A stretch of DNA of 64,000 nucleotides, from assembly GCA_963843375.1 (NCBI GenBank), contig CAWJKT010000004.1, forward strand, positions 384,001 through 448,000, in the 5' to 3' direction. Numbering within the stretch: position 1 is the first letter of the stretch; every line of letters starts with the position of its first letter. The notes under the pieces were generated by a model. That model saw only the letters and a program-made list of their open reading frames with translations. It ran no database searches and was not told the DNA's origin. The DNA is from an uncultured Pseudomonadota bacterium. Lineage in GTDB: Bacteria > Oederibacteriota > Muellerivitia > Muellerivitales > Muellerivitaceae. The translations under genes were made by a program, and so were the position numbers. Of the stretch, positions 1 to 10,140 are shown in pieces.

Positions 1-1186
1 CTCCCTCCCCGCAAAAGTTTTTCACATAAGGAGCCAGGATCCTCACGTCCTTTTCTCGGTCCTGGTTGAGCGGGATGGGCAGGGTGTTTAAAAGGACCAC
101 CGTCAGGAGGCCGATTCCGGCCAGAACCTTTCCCAAGTTAACCTTGGTTCGTTCCCCCAAAAAACGATCCAGGGCCCAGGCCGCCACCAGGGCCAAGGCC
201 GGGAAGGAAGGCATAATGTACCAAAGCACCCCGGTCTGCATGCAGCTCATCACGCCGATCACCGCCGTGATCCAAATGAGGATGAGAAGGATGTTTTCGT
301 TCCTCCACCGGCCAGCCCGTAGCATGACGATCAAACCCAGGGCTTCCAGGGGAAGCCAGGGCCAGTCAAAAATCAGCAGGTCTTTTAGATAACTGAGATG
401 GTGAAACCAGGGTTCACCCTTGTATTGAAACCCTCTTTGAAAGATCAGCCAGCCGAAATGGGTCTTCAAAAACGCCTGGCCGAAGGAAAGGTATTCGATC
501 CCATACCAACTGCCTCCTACGATCGCCGCCTTCAGGCAACCCGCCAGGAAATAGCCCTTATGGATTTTTCTCCACTGGGAGGTTGCCAGGAGGAAAAGCA
601 CCGAGATCAACAGCGGAAAAAGGCCCAGGACGCTTTTGGTCAGCACCGCCAAACCAATACAAAGGCCCCAGGGGATGAAATAGATGGGGTTTTTTCTCAG
701 GGCCAGCAGAAGGCAATAAAGGGCCGTGACGAAAAAGAAGGTGAGAGTCACGTCTACCATGGCGTGACGGCCGTATTTAAAGAAGGGGTAAGTGGCCGTC
801 AGGATGAAGGCGGCGTAGCGGCCTACCCAGGGGTTGAATAGAAAACGGGCCAGAGAATAAAGCAGGCACACGTTCAGCGTGGCCATGAGGGCGGAAGGAA
901 ATTTGGCGGCGTAAACCCCCACCCCGAAAATTTTATAGGAGATGGCGGCCAGCCACATATAAAGAGGGGGATTTTCAAAAGCCGGGTTGTGGTCGAAGGT
1001 CAAGATCCACCATTGTTGGTTCTGGAGGATTTCCTTTGCTTTTTCCGCGTAAAAACAATCGTCATAATTGGCCATTCCGCCCGAACCGAGGCGGGTAAAG
1101 AAAACCGTGAGGGAAAAAAGGAACAGGATGCCGAAATATAGGCGATCTTCAAAAGAAGGAGGATGGGAGTCGGGGATTTTGTCCAA
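1..1186 (-). CDS. ArnT/PMT-like (GT-C fold) membrane glycosyltransferase, 3' end beyond window edge
   Basis: Hand translation of minus strand from TTG 1186 (in-frame TGA just upstream): LDKIPDSH...GMANYDDCFYAEKAKEILQNQQWWILTFDHNPAFENPPLYMWLAAISYKIFG; DD/YA and NPPLY motifs typical of the ArnT family; absent from ORF track, presumably because it runs off the edge. Confidence 0.8.
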   Translation of the reverse strand, partial: MDKIPDSHPPSFEDRLYFGILFLFSLTVFFTRLGSGGMANYDDCFYAEKAKEILQNQQWWILTFDHNPAFENPPLYMWLAAISYKIFGVGVYAAKFPSALMATLNVCLLYSLARFLFNPWVGRYAAFILTATYPFFKYGRHAMVDVTLTFFFVTALYCLLLALRKNPIYFIPWGLCIGLAVLTKSVLGLFPLLISVLFLLATSQWRKIHKGYFLAGCLKAAIVGGSWYGIEYLSFGQAFLKTHFGWLIFQRGFQYKGEPWFHHLSYLKDLLIFDWPWLPLEALGLIVMLRAGRWRNENILLILIWITAVIGVMSCMQTGVLWYIMPSFPALALVAAWALDRFLGERTKVNLGKVLAGIGLLTVVLLNTLPIPLNQDREKDVRILAPYVKNFCGEG

Positions 1187-1481
1187 AGGGATTGCCTTTT
1201 ATCACCTGGAACTTTGTAAGCTTGTTTGATCCAGGGTCGTATCATAAACACGACACTTTCATCTTTCAATTCCGTCATCAATAATATGATCCGGAAAGCA
1301 CAATAGAGAATGAAACGGGTTCTCTCTCAACATTAGCAAAACCGCTTCGTCTATTTGAGATTATTGAACAAACCCTCTCCCTTTCTTCCCTGTATCTATT
1401 TCCCTCAATTAGGCAGACTATAGTCCTCACGCTTATCCCTATCAGCTAAGCCGAACCGCCCAAAGGGGGGCAAGTTTAAAA

Positions 1482-1781
1482 ATGAACCGTAAAGTAAAAG
1501 TCCGCCTTAAATGGCTGGAACGCAAGAATCCCGGCAGTTATATCAACGGCATCCCAGTGCGTTTCTTGGATGAGGGAGAGAATTGGAAATACCGTGATAT
1601 GTGGGCCCTGGTGGTCATGATTGAGGGACAGCCCAATAAGAATAGGGAGCAGTACGGTAAGGCCTGGTATTTTTCGGACAAAGCTCCCCGTGAAGAATTA
1701 ACTGTCGGTAGGCGTTTTGTTGTCTTGGAAGGGGCCCATGAAACGGCTATTGGCGTTATTGAGGAAATCCTTTCCTCGTGA
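1482..1781 (+). CDS. small hypothetical protein, C-terminus resembles EF-Tu domain III
   Basis: 99 aa ORF; GRRFVVLEGAHETAIGVI resembles EF-Tu GxRFxxREGxxTVxxGxV. Confidence 0.55.
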   Translation: MNRKVKVRLKWLERKNPGSYINGIPVRFLDEGENWKYRDMWALVVMIEGQPNKNREQYGKAWYFSDKAPREELTVGRRFVVLEGAHETAIGVIEEILSS

Positions 1782-1876
1782 ATAACAACGATAAAGTGAA
1801 AGTTTTCCCAAGGTCGGGGCAGGAAGGCCGGAGATGAAAGACCCGGGGCGATTTACAAATTGAGAGAGGGAATACT

Positions 1877-2125
1877 TTGAACCTTAATAACAGGGCGGTT
1901 GAATCCAAAGCCGATTTTATTTTCTTTTTGACGGAACTTTCGAAGAATCATAAAAATTTCCCTGACGAATGGGAGGCTAAAAAATTGGGCGCTTTTTTCG
2001 AGGCGATGGCCGGGTGGCTGAGGGAAATGGAAGGACGCACTCAAAACAATTCCCTGCAAGAACCTTCGGAGATCAATTGGAGTTTTATAGCCAACATGTT
2101 CTTGGCGGCTAAGATTTACGAGTAA
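1877..2125 (+). CDS. small conserved hypothetical protein (DUF7660-like, possible immunity-type protein)
   Basis: 82 aa, GAGGGA RBS before TTG; pattern VxSKxDF..FL..L...W....L..FFEAM..W...W..IA....AA.IYE. Confidence 0.6.
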   Translation: MNLNNRAVESKADFIFFLTELSKNHKNFPDEWEAKKLGAFFEAMAGWLREMEGRTQNNSLQEPSEINWSFIANMFLAAKIYE

Positions 2126-2335
2126 AGAATTTTTCCGTTTCCTGCCGTCTTTTGGTTTCCCCTCCCGGTTCTCCGAAGTTAGCCGGCAAAAGATTTCTAG
2201 AGAAAATAAGGCTTTTCGTATTCTCAAAATTCGGAGGCCATCTTTACACCTCCCCTTTTTAGGGGTAGATTTTTTTATCACCTAAAAAGCGGGCCGTCCT
2301 TCGGGCCTGCAAGGCTTATGCCTCGGAGGCATTAC

Positions 2336-3199
2336 ATGAAAATGATCTTTTTTCTGGTTTTAGCGGTTTGTTCCATCCTCGAAGCAGGGCCGCCCGCGAT
2401 GGCCCAAACGGCAGGTCAGGTTAAAGCGCCGTCAGCCAGATCTTCCCCTTCCGCCACCTTCCTTTTTGTTAAAGGTGTTGTTACGGTCCGCGATGTTCAG
2501 GGTAAAACCCGGACGGCCTCCAAGGGTACCACCGCTTTTGAGGAGGAAAGAGTTTCCGTCGCTAAAGAAAGCCAGGCCACTCTCCGGCTTTTTGACGGGT
2601 CCACACTGGACCTGTCTTCCAAGAGCCAATTGGTTCTCCAAAAGCTCCGACAGCCTTCCGAAAAAGTAAAGAATATCGAATTTCAATTGGCCTTCGGGGC
2701 GATACTGGCTAAGGTTAAAAAACTCTTATCCTCCCAATCCAGCTTTGAAGTGAAAGCCGGAGGGGTGGTTTGCGGTGTTCGAGGGACCGAATTCGCTTTT
2801 TCCTATGATCCGGACAAGGACTGGATCACGTTGAAAGTCCACGAAGGAACCGTTTACGTTAATTCAGCCGGGAAAACCAGCTTTTACCACGCCGGGGAAA
2901 ATCTGGAACTCCTCCATGGGCTTCCGGCTCCGGAAAGCACTGGCGCCAGCGTGAAAAACACCTTGGGTGCGGCCCTCCCTCAGTTGAATAACAGCCTAAA
3001 CACAAGTGGAAGCTTGGGTGGCGGACTTTCGAGCGGATTGGGAATCGGGGCGGCTTTGACCGACCTGAATACCCAATTCACTGCAGGAATACTAGTGAAC
3101 CAACAAAATACACTCAGCAAAACCTCGGCCAACCCGGCGGCCCCGGCAGCAAAATCTTCAAACCCCTTGAGCGGTTTGCCCGTGGTGACGATACCTTGA
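2336..3199 (+). CDS. secreted FecR-domain protein
   Basis: Signal peptide; LxLxDGSxLxL and GVRGTEF FecR motifs; GGAGG RBS before ATG 2336. Confidence 0.85.
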   Translation: MKMIFFLVLAVCSILEAGPPAMAQTAGQVKAPSARSSPSATFLFVKGVVTVRDVQGKTRTASKGTTAFEEERVSVAKESQATLRLFDGSTLDLSSKSQLVLQKLRQPSEKVKNIEFQLAFGAILAKVKKLLSSQSSFEVKAGGVVCGVRGTEFAFSYDPDKDWITLKVHEGTVYVNSAGKTSFYHAGENLELLHGLPAPESTGASVKNTLGAALPQLNNSLNTSGSLGGGLSSGLGIGAALTDLNTQFTAGILVNQQNTLSKTSANPAAPAAKSSNPLSGLPVVTIP

Positions 3200-3390
3200 G
3201 CGAGGAAGGCTGAATTTCCAAAGGCCCTTTTTCTTTAGGCTAGATCAGAAAAGCAGAAAGTTAAACCGTTGCCTTCCGGAGCTAATATTCCATTTTTGGG
3301 GGGCCGATGCCGCCCACCAAGGATGGTTGCTAAATCCCCCGGAATTTAGGTATCGTTGAGAAGTCTGAAATTCGAATACAGGAGGTTTTT

Positions 3391-3573
3391 ATGTTCCGGA
3401 AAAAGAGAACAGCGATCCTCACCGTTTGGCTACTTTTGTTCGTCATGAGTTACTTGAATCTATCCTGTGTTGCCCCATATTATTACGACCATGGTCATAG
3501 GTATTGGCGGGACGGCCATGACGATAATTGGCACCGGCAACACGGCGACCATTGGGATGAATACCATCCCTGA
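3391..3573 (+). CDS. small His/Asp/Trp-rich lipoprotein
   Basis: AGGAGG RBS; basic N-terminus, hydrophobic core, NLSC lipobox-like Cys; H/D/W-rich tail. Confidence 0.7.
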   Translation: MFRKKRTAILTVWLLLFVMSYLNLSCVAPYYYDHGHRYWRDGHDDNWHRQHGDHWDEYHP

Positions 3574-3685
3574 CATGGCTGCGGGAAAGAACATCAAGAT
3601 CGGGGCTGATATTTAGGGCACCTGCTGTTGACACTGCATTCAAAAGGCAAGACTAAATTATTCAATTGACTTCAAACGCCTCGCC

Positions 3686-3720
3686 AAAGGGAGTTATTCA
3701 CTTAACTCCCTTTTTCTTTT
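3686..3720 (+). terminator. intrinsic terminator
   Basis: AAAGGGAGTTA-ttcact-TAACTCCCTTT hairpin followed by T-tract. Confidence 0.7.
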
Positions 3721-3858
3721 GAGGGACAGATTTCGATGGATAAGGCCATACTGGCCGATTCGCCCAAAGGGTCTATAGGCTTGCCAGGAACTCGCCTTTG
3801 ATTTATCTTGCCTCGATCCAAGTCGTTAGTTTTTAAATATTTTTCAAGGAGAAGCTTC

Positions 3859-4431
3859 ATGAAACGAGTGTTTGTCATTGCGGCATCGCTGGTGTTTTGT
3901 CTAGCCGGTCGGCTGGGAGCCCAAAGCGCCGGAACCCGGGCCATCATCAAACTGGCCAAGGGCGGCGAGATCGTCATTAAGTTTTATCCCCAAGACGCGC
4001 CCTTGAGTGTGGCGAATTTCATCAAGTTGGCTAAGAAAGGCTTCTATGACGGGCTGACCTTTCACCGCGTGGTCCCGGGTTTCGTGGCGCAGGGTGGGGA
4101 TCCGAACGGCGACGGCAGTGGCGGCCCCGGATACACCATCAAGGGCGAGTTCACCGAAAACGGCGTCAACAACACCCAGACCCACGTGAAGGGCGCTGTG
4201 GCCATGGCGCGCACAAACGATCCGGATTCAGCGGGAAGCCAGTTCTACATCTGCCTGGACGCCCAACCATCCCTTGACGGAAAGTACGCTGTGTTCGGCC
4301 AGGTGGTGAAGGGGATGGATCTCGTGGATCAGATTCAGGTCGGTGATAAGATGGAAAAGGTCAGCATCGTCGGAGGGGCCTCGAAAAAACCGGCGTCCAC
4401 TCCCACTACGGTATCCACGCCGACCAATTGA
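3859..4431 (+). CDS. periplasmic cyclophilin-type peptidyl-prolyl isomerase
   Basis: FYDGLTFHRVVPGFVAQGGDP, AMAR..DSAGSQFYI, YAVFGQV; signal peptide; AGGAG RBS. Confidence 0.95.
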   Translation: MKRVFVIAASLVFCLAGRLGAQSAGTRAIIKLAKGGEIVIKFYPQDAPLSVANFIKLAKKGFYDGLTFHRVVPGFVAQGGDPNGDGSGGPGYTIKGEFTENGVNNTQTHVKGAVAMARTNDPDSAGSQFYICLDAQPSLDGKYAVFGQVVKGMDLVDQIQVGDKMEKVSIVGGASKKPASTPTTVSTPTN

Positions 4432-4460
4432 AAACTTAGAGATAACTTTTGAGCAAAAAT

Positions 4461-4490
4461 AAAAGCCACCGGAATTCCCGGTGGCTTTTT
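4461..4490. terminator. bidirectional intrinsic terminator
   Basis: AAAAGCCACCGG-aattc-CCGGTGGCTTTT between convergent genes. Confidence 0.85.
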
Positions 4491-4516
4491 AACAGGATGA
4501 TTAAGACTTTTTAAAA

Positions 4517-4828
4517 TTATTCCTGTTCGCAAATCCGGAGTTGGTCCAACGCAGCGTTGATAGCCTGGATCGCGCCCGCCTTATGGCCGTGGAAATCATT
4601 ACGAGCTTGCCAAAGAGTATGTTTGGCGTTCCGAAGCTCTTGGGCGGCCCTCCAAATCTTTGGGTGATGGTGCCCCATCCCTCCGTTGAAATCATAATGG
4701 GCTTGGTCATCGCCCCCGAGATCGACGTTCATGTTTAAACCATCGGCCTTTACCACCATAGGCAAGGCCATCAAACCGAAAATTCCGGCCGCCAAAGCCG
4801 CCTTACGCAAATAACTTTTCATCTCCAT
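4517..4828 (-). CDS. small secreted helical hypothetical protein
   Basis: GGAGG RBS, signal peptide (VKA), HP.I..A...L..A...L..A..DFHGH..A pattern. Confidence 0.7.
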   Translation of the reverse strand: MEMKSYLRKAALAAGIFGLMALPMVVKADGLNMNVDLGGDDQAHYDFNGGMGHHHPKIWRAAQELRNAKHTLWQARNDFHGHKAGAIQAINAALDQLRICEQE

Positions 4829-5049
4829 AAAAAATCCTCCTGTATTTATTTCACTTTTTCGGTTGGAAAAAATCCTCCCAACCGGTTCATTATTAAACCC
4901 TAATTGACCATTCAATCCTAGAGACTGAACAAACTTAAATGGGAGGAAAAAACTCCAAGAGAATGGTTTTAGGGGCTCTCAAATTGATAAAATACCTGAA
5001 ATTTTTCGTGGTATAAAAGATTCAAATAAGGCCGATCGGGAAGGAAGCC

Positions 5050-5511
5050 GTGAATCAAAGTGTCTTAAAATGGTATGGGGTTGTCCTGATATCTCTTCCT
5101 TTTTCATTTTGCCCTTTAAACGCTCAAATCAACCCTACCCCAACCGCCTTTATGGCAACCCAATTGGGCACCGACCCCATCGAATTTTTGAAAGAAAGTA
5201 AATGCATGTTTAGGGAGAAGGGTTATTCCATTTATAGTGTTGGGTATATCGTTCGGAATTACGTTTCCGTGGGGAGGATTAAAAATCTTAGTTGGGCCAA
5301 AACACCCATCGGAACGCCCCCCAAAAGCTGGGTCGTTACCCTTTCCTATTTTGATACTCAAGAAGGTAAGAACCGGAAGGTCCGTTGGAATTTCGAGGCG
5401 GGCCAAAAGGCGGTTATCTGGGGGGATTCTGAAAATGATTTTTTAAGCTGCGTCCCGGGCGAAAAATACACCCATTGGCCGGGAGCCAATCAAATGGATA
5501 TTATCGAATAA
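5050..5511 (+). CDS. secreted hypothetical protein
   Basis: 153 aa ORF with signal-like N-terminus. Confidence 0.55.
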   Translation: MNQSVLKWYGVVLISLPFSFCPLNAQINPTPTAFMATQLGTDPIEFLKESKCMFREKGYSIYSVGYIVRNYVSVGRIKNLSWAKTPIGTPPKSWVVTLSYFDTQEGKNRKVRWNFEAGQKAVIWGDSENDFLSCVPGEKYTHWPGANQMDIIE

Positions 5512-5665
5512 TTAAAATCCACCTGCGCCTTTCGGCTTTAGTCAGAGTTTCAGGGGCCTTTTGATGGACACCGGGTGGACCCGTTATTACAATGACGACG
5601 CTGTGAAGTTTTGAACAATTTCAAAGGTTGTTGACGTGAAAAACCATTTCTTGAGCGAGGAAAAG

Positions 5666-6343
5666 ATGAAAAATATTTTGAAAGCTTCCCTAATGGCGGT
5701 ACTGGTTTGGGGGTTGGACGCGGGATTTTCCTGGGGTGAACAATTTGAAGGGGAAGTGGATTATAACGTCACCTTGAGCGACGGGACGCAATCAACGATG
5801 AATTATTTTTTAAAAGACAAAAAAGCCCGCTTGGAAATGACCATGAAAGGCCATCACGTTGTCGATGTCATGGATTTGAAGGGCAAGAAAATTTATATGT
5901 TGATGCCGGAGCAAAAGATGTACATGACGTCGGATATTCCTGACACCAGCTCGAACCAGGCAAAGGCCGGGGGCAAGCTGACCAAGACGGACAACACCAA
6001 GACTATCCTGGGTAAAACAGCGACTGAGTATGATTATGTTTCCGAAAAGGGTTCCATGTCCTCTATCTGGGGGGCTTCGGGCATGGGTTTTTTCCTGATG
6101 GGGAAGGGGCCTGGCAGCTCCGGGGGAGAAGCGGCCTGGGCCCAGGCGGCGAAGCAGAGTGGCCTTTTTCCTCTGGAAGTGGATTCGAAAACCAGCAAGG
6201 GTAGCATGTCGATGGTGGCCACCAAGATCGACGAGAAAACCTTGGACGATTCCCTCTTCACTGTTCCAGCGGACTACAAGGACATGAAGGCCATGATGCA
6301 GGGAATGGGCGGTATGCCGGGAATGCACGTCCCCGGGATGTAA
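5666..6343 (+). CDS. DUF4412-like secreted protein
   Basis: Signal peptide; FEG.V.Y, MPEQKMYM, TKTILG, FPL, LDDSLFTVPADY. Confidence 0.8.
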   Translation: MKNILKASLMAVLVWGLDAGFSWGEQFEGEVDYNVTLSDGTQSTMNYFLKDKKARLEMTMKGHHVVDVMDLKGKKIYMLMPEQKMYMTSDIPDTSSNQAKAGGKLTKTDNTKTILGKTATEYDYVSEKGSMSSIWGASGMGFFLMGKGPGSSGGEAAWAQAAKQSGLFPLEVDSKTSKGSMSMVATKIDEKTLDDSLFTVPADYKDMKAMMQGMGGMPGMHVPGM

Positions 6344-6384
6344 TTCAATCTAAACTTTGAGGGCGACCCACGCCTGAAATTTAC

Positions 6385-6421
6385 AAGGTACTGAAAAGAT
6401 ATTTTTCAGTACCTTTTTTTT
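6385..6421 (+). terminator. intrinsic terminator
   Basis: AAGGTACTGAAAA-gatat-TTTTCAGTACCTT plus T run. Confidence 0.8.
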
Positions 6422-6600
6422 AATCCCGCCGAAAAAGATTCTTAGAGCCGGATTGCTTTTGTTGGATCATTTTATTTTGATTCCAACACGCCCCAAAAAA
6501 GCGTCTCGACATGTGATTTCCGCGAAAAGCGCTTCCAGCCTCCTACATCCCTGAAGGGAGGCGGTTTTATCGACCCTATTTTGTTCACCATCTAGTTGAA

Positions 6601-9066
6601 TTACTGGAGGGTCAAAAGTTTAGTGACCCATCGGTTGCCTTGGGCCTCGATGACGACGTAATACAAACCGTTGGCCAGTTGGTTTCCCCATTTATCCGTC
6701 AGTGTGAGGTTGATCGCTTCCCCCGGTAAAACCTGCGGGAAAGGTTCTTCCTGCACCAGGCGGAAAGCTGTCGTGTATATCTTCACTGTCACCTTGGAAA
6801 GGGTAGTGAGGGGTACCCCCAGGTGGATCGGTCCCGACCCCAGGTAGGGGTTGGGGTAAATCAAGGGCGTGGAGCCGGGGGTTAAGGCATGGGTGGGAGT
6901 GGCCGTTCCGGGTTCGGTCGGGGTCGGGGTGTTGGTGACGGTCGGGGTAGTAGTACTGGTGGGCGTGTTGACGGGAGTGTAGGTTGGAGTCAGGGTGTTC
7001 GTAACGGTAAAGGTCGGGGTGTTCGTACCTGTATTTGTTGGAGTGAGGGTCAGGGTACTGGTCGGGGTATTGGTGGCCGTTCCGGTTTCAGTGGGTGTGC
7101 CGGTTACGGAGGGAGTGGGGGTCTTGGATGGGGTCTGGGTCAGTGTTGCGGTGGGGGTATTAGTGGCGCTGTTGGTGGAGGTGCCTGTGGGCGTGCCACT
7201 GGGTGTGATGGTGGGGGTGTTGGTGATAGTAGGAGTGGGGGTCTTAGTGCCTGTGCTTGTTGGGGTGAAGGTTTGGGTGCGGGTGGGGGTGTTGGTTGGC
7301 GTGTAGTCCGGGGTGGTGCCGGTCAGGTCGTTGATCAAGGACTGGCCGTTGGGAGATCCCCAGCCCGTGGCCAAATCATAACCCGCCACGGCGGGAAATT
7401 GGGTAGCGCTGCCGTTATTGCCGCTCGTGATGTCATGGAAATCAAGCGCATAATTCGAGCCCTTGCCAATGGTGTAGAGGGCCTGGTTGGCGAAACCGAT
7501 GGTTGGTTTTCCATTGGCTATGGCCTGCTCGTTGGCGAGGGCGATGAAACCCGCCCAAAGGGGCGCGGCGCAACTGCTGCCGCCTTCGTAAACCTCATCG
7601 CCGTCGCAATCGACGATGAAAGCGTCATTACCCATGCAGGACACATCTGGGACGTTCCGGTAAGTGGTGGATCCATAGTTGGTGCTCATATTAATCCCTG
7701 TCTGGTAGCTGGGAATGGCGTCGCCGGGAAAAGTGCCGGCCAGGATTCCACCCGTCGAGCTCCAGCCGTCTGTCGCGTCGTTGACGGCTACTTCAGAGGA
7801 CCAAGTCGCCCCATTGCCGATCATGGTCAGGTCGGTTGCGCCGACAAGGGTTTGGTCGATTTCATCGTCATTGGCCTCGCCGGATTGTCCGTAGGGCGGG
7901 TCGGAAGTGAATTCACCGTTATAAGGCGGATTGGCATTCCCGTCTCCCGCGGCCAAGAAATAAGTCTGCCCTTGCCCGGCAAATTCCGCCAAGTAATTAT
8001 TTTCCGCCGTCCTTTCGGCGGTAGTAGGTTCCCAGCCCCAGGAATTGCTGAGTTCCATGCAAAGGGGGGTGGATGTGGCCATGCTGTTTAATATGTCGGC
8101 GTTCAGTTTCCCCATGAAAACCACGACCTGGGTGAGGCCGGGAGCCATGGACATAGTCAATTCGATGTCCAAGGCCACTTCGGGTTCGTCAGTGCAGTCG
8201 GGGGTACTGCTGGCGGAAAAGCTGCTGTCGCAGTAAACATTTTCGACAGGGACATTGAGAGACGGGGTGCATTGGGACTCATAGTCGGTAATATCCGCAG
8301 CCCAATAAACGTCCCCCTCGAACAAACCCACGGATTGTCCGGTCCCCGTGAGAGCCACTCCCGGGGCGTAAGCGTTGCGGTAGTCGCTCCCGTCAAAGGT
8401 GCCATCCAGGCCCGAACCGCCACCCAAGTGGGGAACCAAGGAAATTTTGCCCCTCGCCAACCCTTTTGGGGTGGAGCGATGGAAACGGGGACGGGGGGGA
8501 ATTTCGTTATTGAGGCCCGAGACGCAAACCACCCGGGTGTCCAAATCAAGGGAGGGGTCCCTGTCGGGCGCGAAAAACAGGGTTCCGTCGGGCCGTTGGT
8601 AATCATTGATGTTCACGTAAAAGGCTTTTTCCACATCGGAAGTCTTGCCGCTTATGTCCAAAACCATTCGGTTGGAATAGCTTTTCTCCACTGTCAAGCC
8701 ATGGGACCGGGCGAAGAAGGCCAGGGCTTGGTAATCCACCTCAGAGGGACCAAACCTTTCTGTGAACTGTTCGACAGTCAAATAATGGCGATATAGGGGA
8801 CTTCGTGGATCGTAAATGTCCTTTAAAAGATCCTGTAAGTCCTGGAAGTTCCGAAGAGGCAAATTAATGGCCAACCGCATACGGGAAGAGGCGGAATGCC
8901 GGCCCACCAGCGGTGCCCTTTGCATAGAAGGGGACCGGTGGCCTTGCAATAGTTGGCGTCCCTGGTTTTGGGCCAGGGAGAGAGAAACGAAAGAACCATA
9001 AAATAAAAATAACGCGGTGAAGGCCCCAAGACGAGAAAGCATTTTTACCCGCTCTTTTGATTTCAT
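6601..9066 (-). CDS. S53 (sedolisin/kumamolisin) serine protease with prodomain, Thr/Pro linker and C-terminal sorting-like Ig domain
   Basis: Prodomain ([24 protein letters not shown]), ExxLD (EVALD), [23 protein letters not shown]; long TP repeats; C-terminal YPNP...LANGLYYV. Confidence 0.92.
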   Translation of the reverse strand: MKSKERVKMLSRLGAFTALFLFYGSFVSLSLAQNQGRQLLQGHRSPSMQRAPLVGRHSASSRMRLAINLPLRNFQDLQDLLKDIYDPRSPLYRHYLTVEQFTERFGPSEVDYQALAFFARSHGLTVEKSYSNRMVLDISGKTSDVEKAFYVNINDYQRPDGTLFFAPDRDPSLDLDTRVVCVSGLNNEIPPRPRFHRSTPKGLARGKISLVPHLGGGSGLDGTFDGSDYRNAYAPGVALTGTGQSVGLFEGDVYWAADITDYESQCTPSLNVPVENVYCDSSFSASSTPDCTDEPEVALDIELTMSMAPGLTQVVVFMGKLNADILNSMATSTPLCMELSNSWGWEPTTAERTAENNYLAEFAGQGQTYFLAAGDGNANPPYNGEFTSDPPYGQSGEANDDEIDQTLVGATDLTMIGNGATWSSEVAVNDATDGWSSTGGILAGTFPGDAIPSYQTGINMSTNYGSTTYRNVPDVSCMGNDAFIVDCDGDEVYEGGSSCAAPLWAGFIALANEQAIANGKPTIGFANQALYTIGKGSNYALDFHDITSGNNGSATQFPAVAGYDLATGWGSPNGQSLINDLTGTTPDYTPTNTPTRTQTFTPTSTGTKTPTPTITNTPTITPSGTPTGTSTNSATNTPTATLTQTPSKTPTPSVTGTPTETGTATNTPTSTLTLTPTNTGTNTPTFTVTNTLTPTYTPVNTPTSTTTPTVTNTPTPTEPGTATPTHALTPGSTPLIYPNPYLGSGPIHLGVPLTTLSKVTVKIYTTAFRLVQEEPFPQVLPGEAINLTLTDKWGNQLANGLYYVVIEAQGNRWVTKLLTLQ
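6880..7320 (-). repeat. low-complexity Thr-Pro linker coding repeat (approximate bounds)
   Basis: Imperfect TxTPT repeats over about 140 codons. Confidence 0.85.
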
Positions 9067-9247
9067 ATTAAGGTTAGAGTTCCCGGGGATTTTTCCTAAG
9101 TCCGGGTATTCATATATCCCCTATTCTACCGCAGTTTTGAATTTTCATGCCGGGTGCCCGCCGTCATCCAGTCTTGTTTCCAGTAGCGATTTTGGGGAAA
9201 TCCAAGGTATAAAGGTTTCAGGGCTATAAAGGGCCCAGAAGGAAGTC

Positions 9248-10093
9248 ATGATTCGAGATCTCTTGAAATTGGGCGGGGTCATCACCATGCTCTTGCAGTC
9301 CTTACCCGCCTATGCTTGGGGGCCGGAGGGCCACCAAATCGTTGCCACTATCGCTCAAGACTACCTCAACCCGGCTGCGAAAAAAAAAATCAAAGCTCTC
9401 CTGGGTCCGCACAACACCTTGGCTTCCATCTCCAATTGGGCGGATGAGATCAAACCCGGCCGGCCTGAAACGGCCCCTTGGCATTACATTGACCTGCCTT
9501 ACCGTAAGAACATCTCGGTCGCCGACGAGGAATACTATTGCCCCGACGGGAATTGCATCGTCCACCAAATCACACTGGAGGAGGCCATTTTAAAGAACCC
9601 TTCAATGACGAACGATCAAAGGCTGGAAGCCCTGAAATTCCTCGTCCATTTCATAGGCGATCTCCACCAACCCCTCCATTGTGCGGACGACGGCGACCGC
9701 GGTGGGAACGAGAAAATAATGCTTTTTCAACCTTCCTGGCTCGACTCGCAGGGGAGAAGATTCGTGATGAAAATCAGCCTACACGCTCTTTGGGATGATC
9801 TCATTGCCCCGGGTAAAAGTGAGGACCCCCACCAAATGGCGAAAATTCTAGAAAGGGGAATTAGTCTCAAGGATAAAGAAGTTTGGGCCAAAGGCGACGA
9901 AAGGGACTGGGCTTTTGAGAGTTATATGGTGGCTAAAACCAAAATTTACCCCGGGCTGGATTGGGGATCGCAGGATTGCACCAACCGGCCTTTGCCCCCC
10001 GATTATTTCTTTACCATGCGCCCGGTCGCCTGTGTCCAACTTGAAAAAGCGGGTGTCCGGCTTGCTTTCATTTTAAATGGAATTTTCAACTGA
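9248..10093 (+). CDS. S1/P1 nuclease
   Basis: AWGPEGH, WADEIK, WHYID, HFIGDLHQPLH, DRGGN, LHALWD. Confidence 0.95.
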   Translation: MIRDLLKLGGVITMLLQSLPAYAWGPEGHQIVATIAQDYLNPAAKKKIKALLGPHNTLASISNWADEIKPGRPETAPWHYIDLPYRKNISVADEEYYCPDGNCIVHQITLEEAILKNPSMTNDQRLEALKFLVHFIGDLHQPLHCADDGDRGGNEKIMLFQPSWLDSQGRRFVMKISLHALWDDLIAPGKSEDPHQMAKILERGISLKDKEVWAKGDERDWAFESYMVAKTKIYPGLDWGSQDCTNRPLPPDYFFTMRPVACVQLEKAGVRLAFILNGIFN

Positions 10094-10140
10094 TTGTGGA
10101 GGGAGCTATTGGACTGACCGGCGATGGGCTGGTTTATCTC

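Noticed and set aside
66..1281. Track ORFs 66-392, 398-841 and 1000-1281
   Set aside because: Shadow frames of the minus-strand ArnT-like gene
3600..3800. Possible riboswitch or ncRNA near the hairpin
   Set aside because: No aptamer consensus recognised; explained as a terminator. An Rfam/Infernal scan would settle it
6880..7320. Repeats as CRISPR or tandem DNA array
   Set aside because: Degenerate at codon level, no fixed repeat-spacer period; protein linker
6889..8091. 400 aa Gly/Val-rich plus-strand ORF and VG-repeat ORF
   Set aside because: Antisense of the Thr/Pro linker and protease domain
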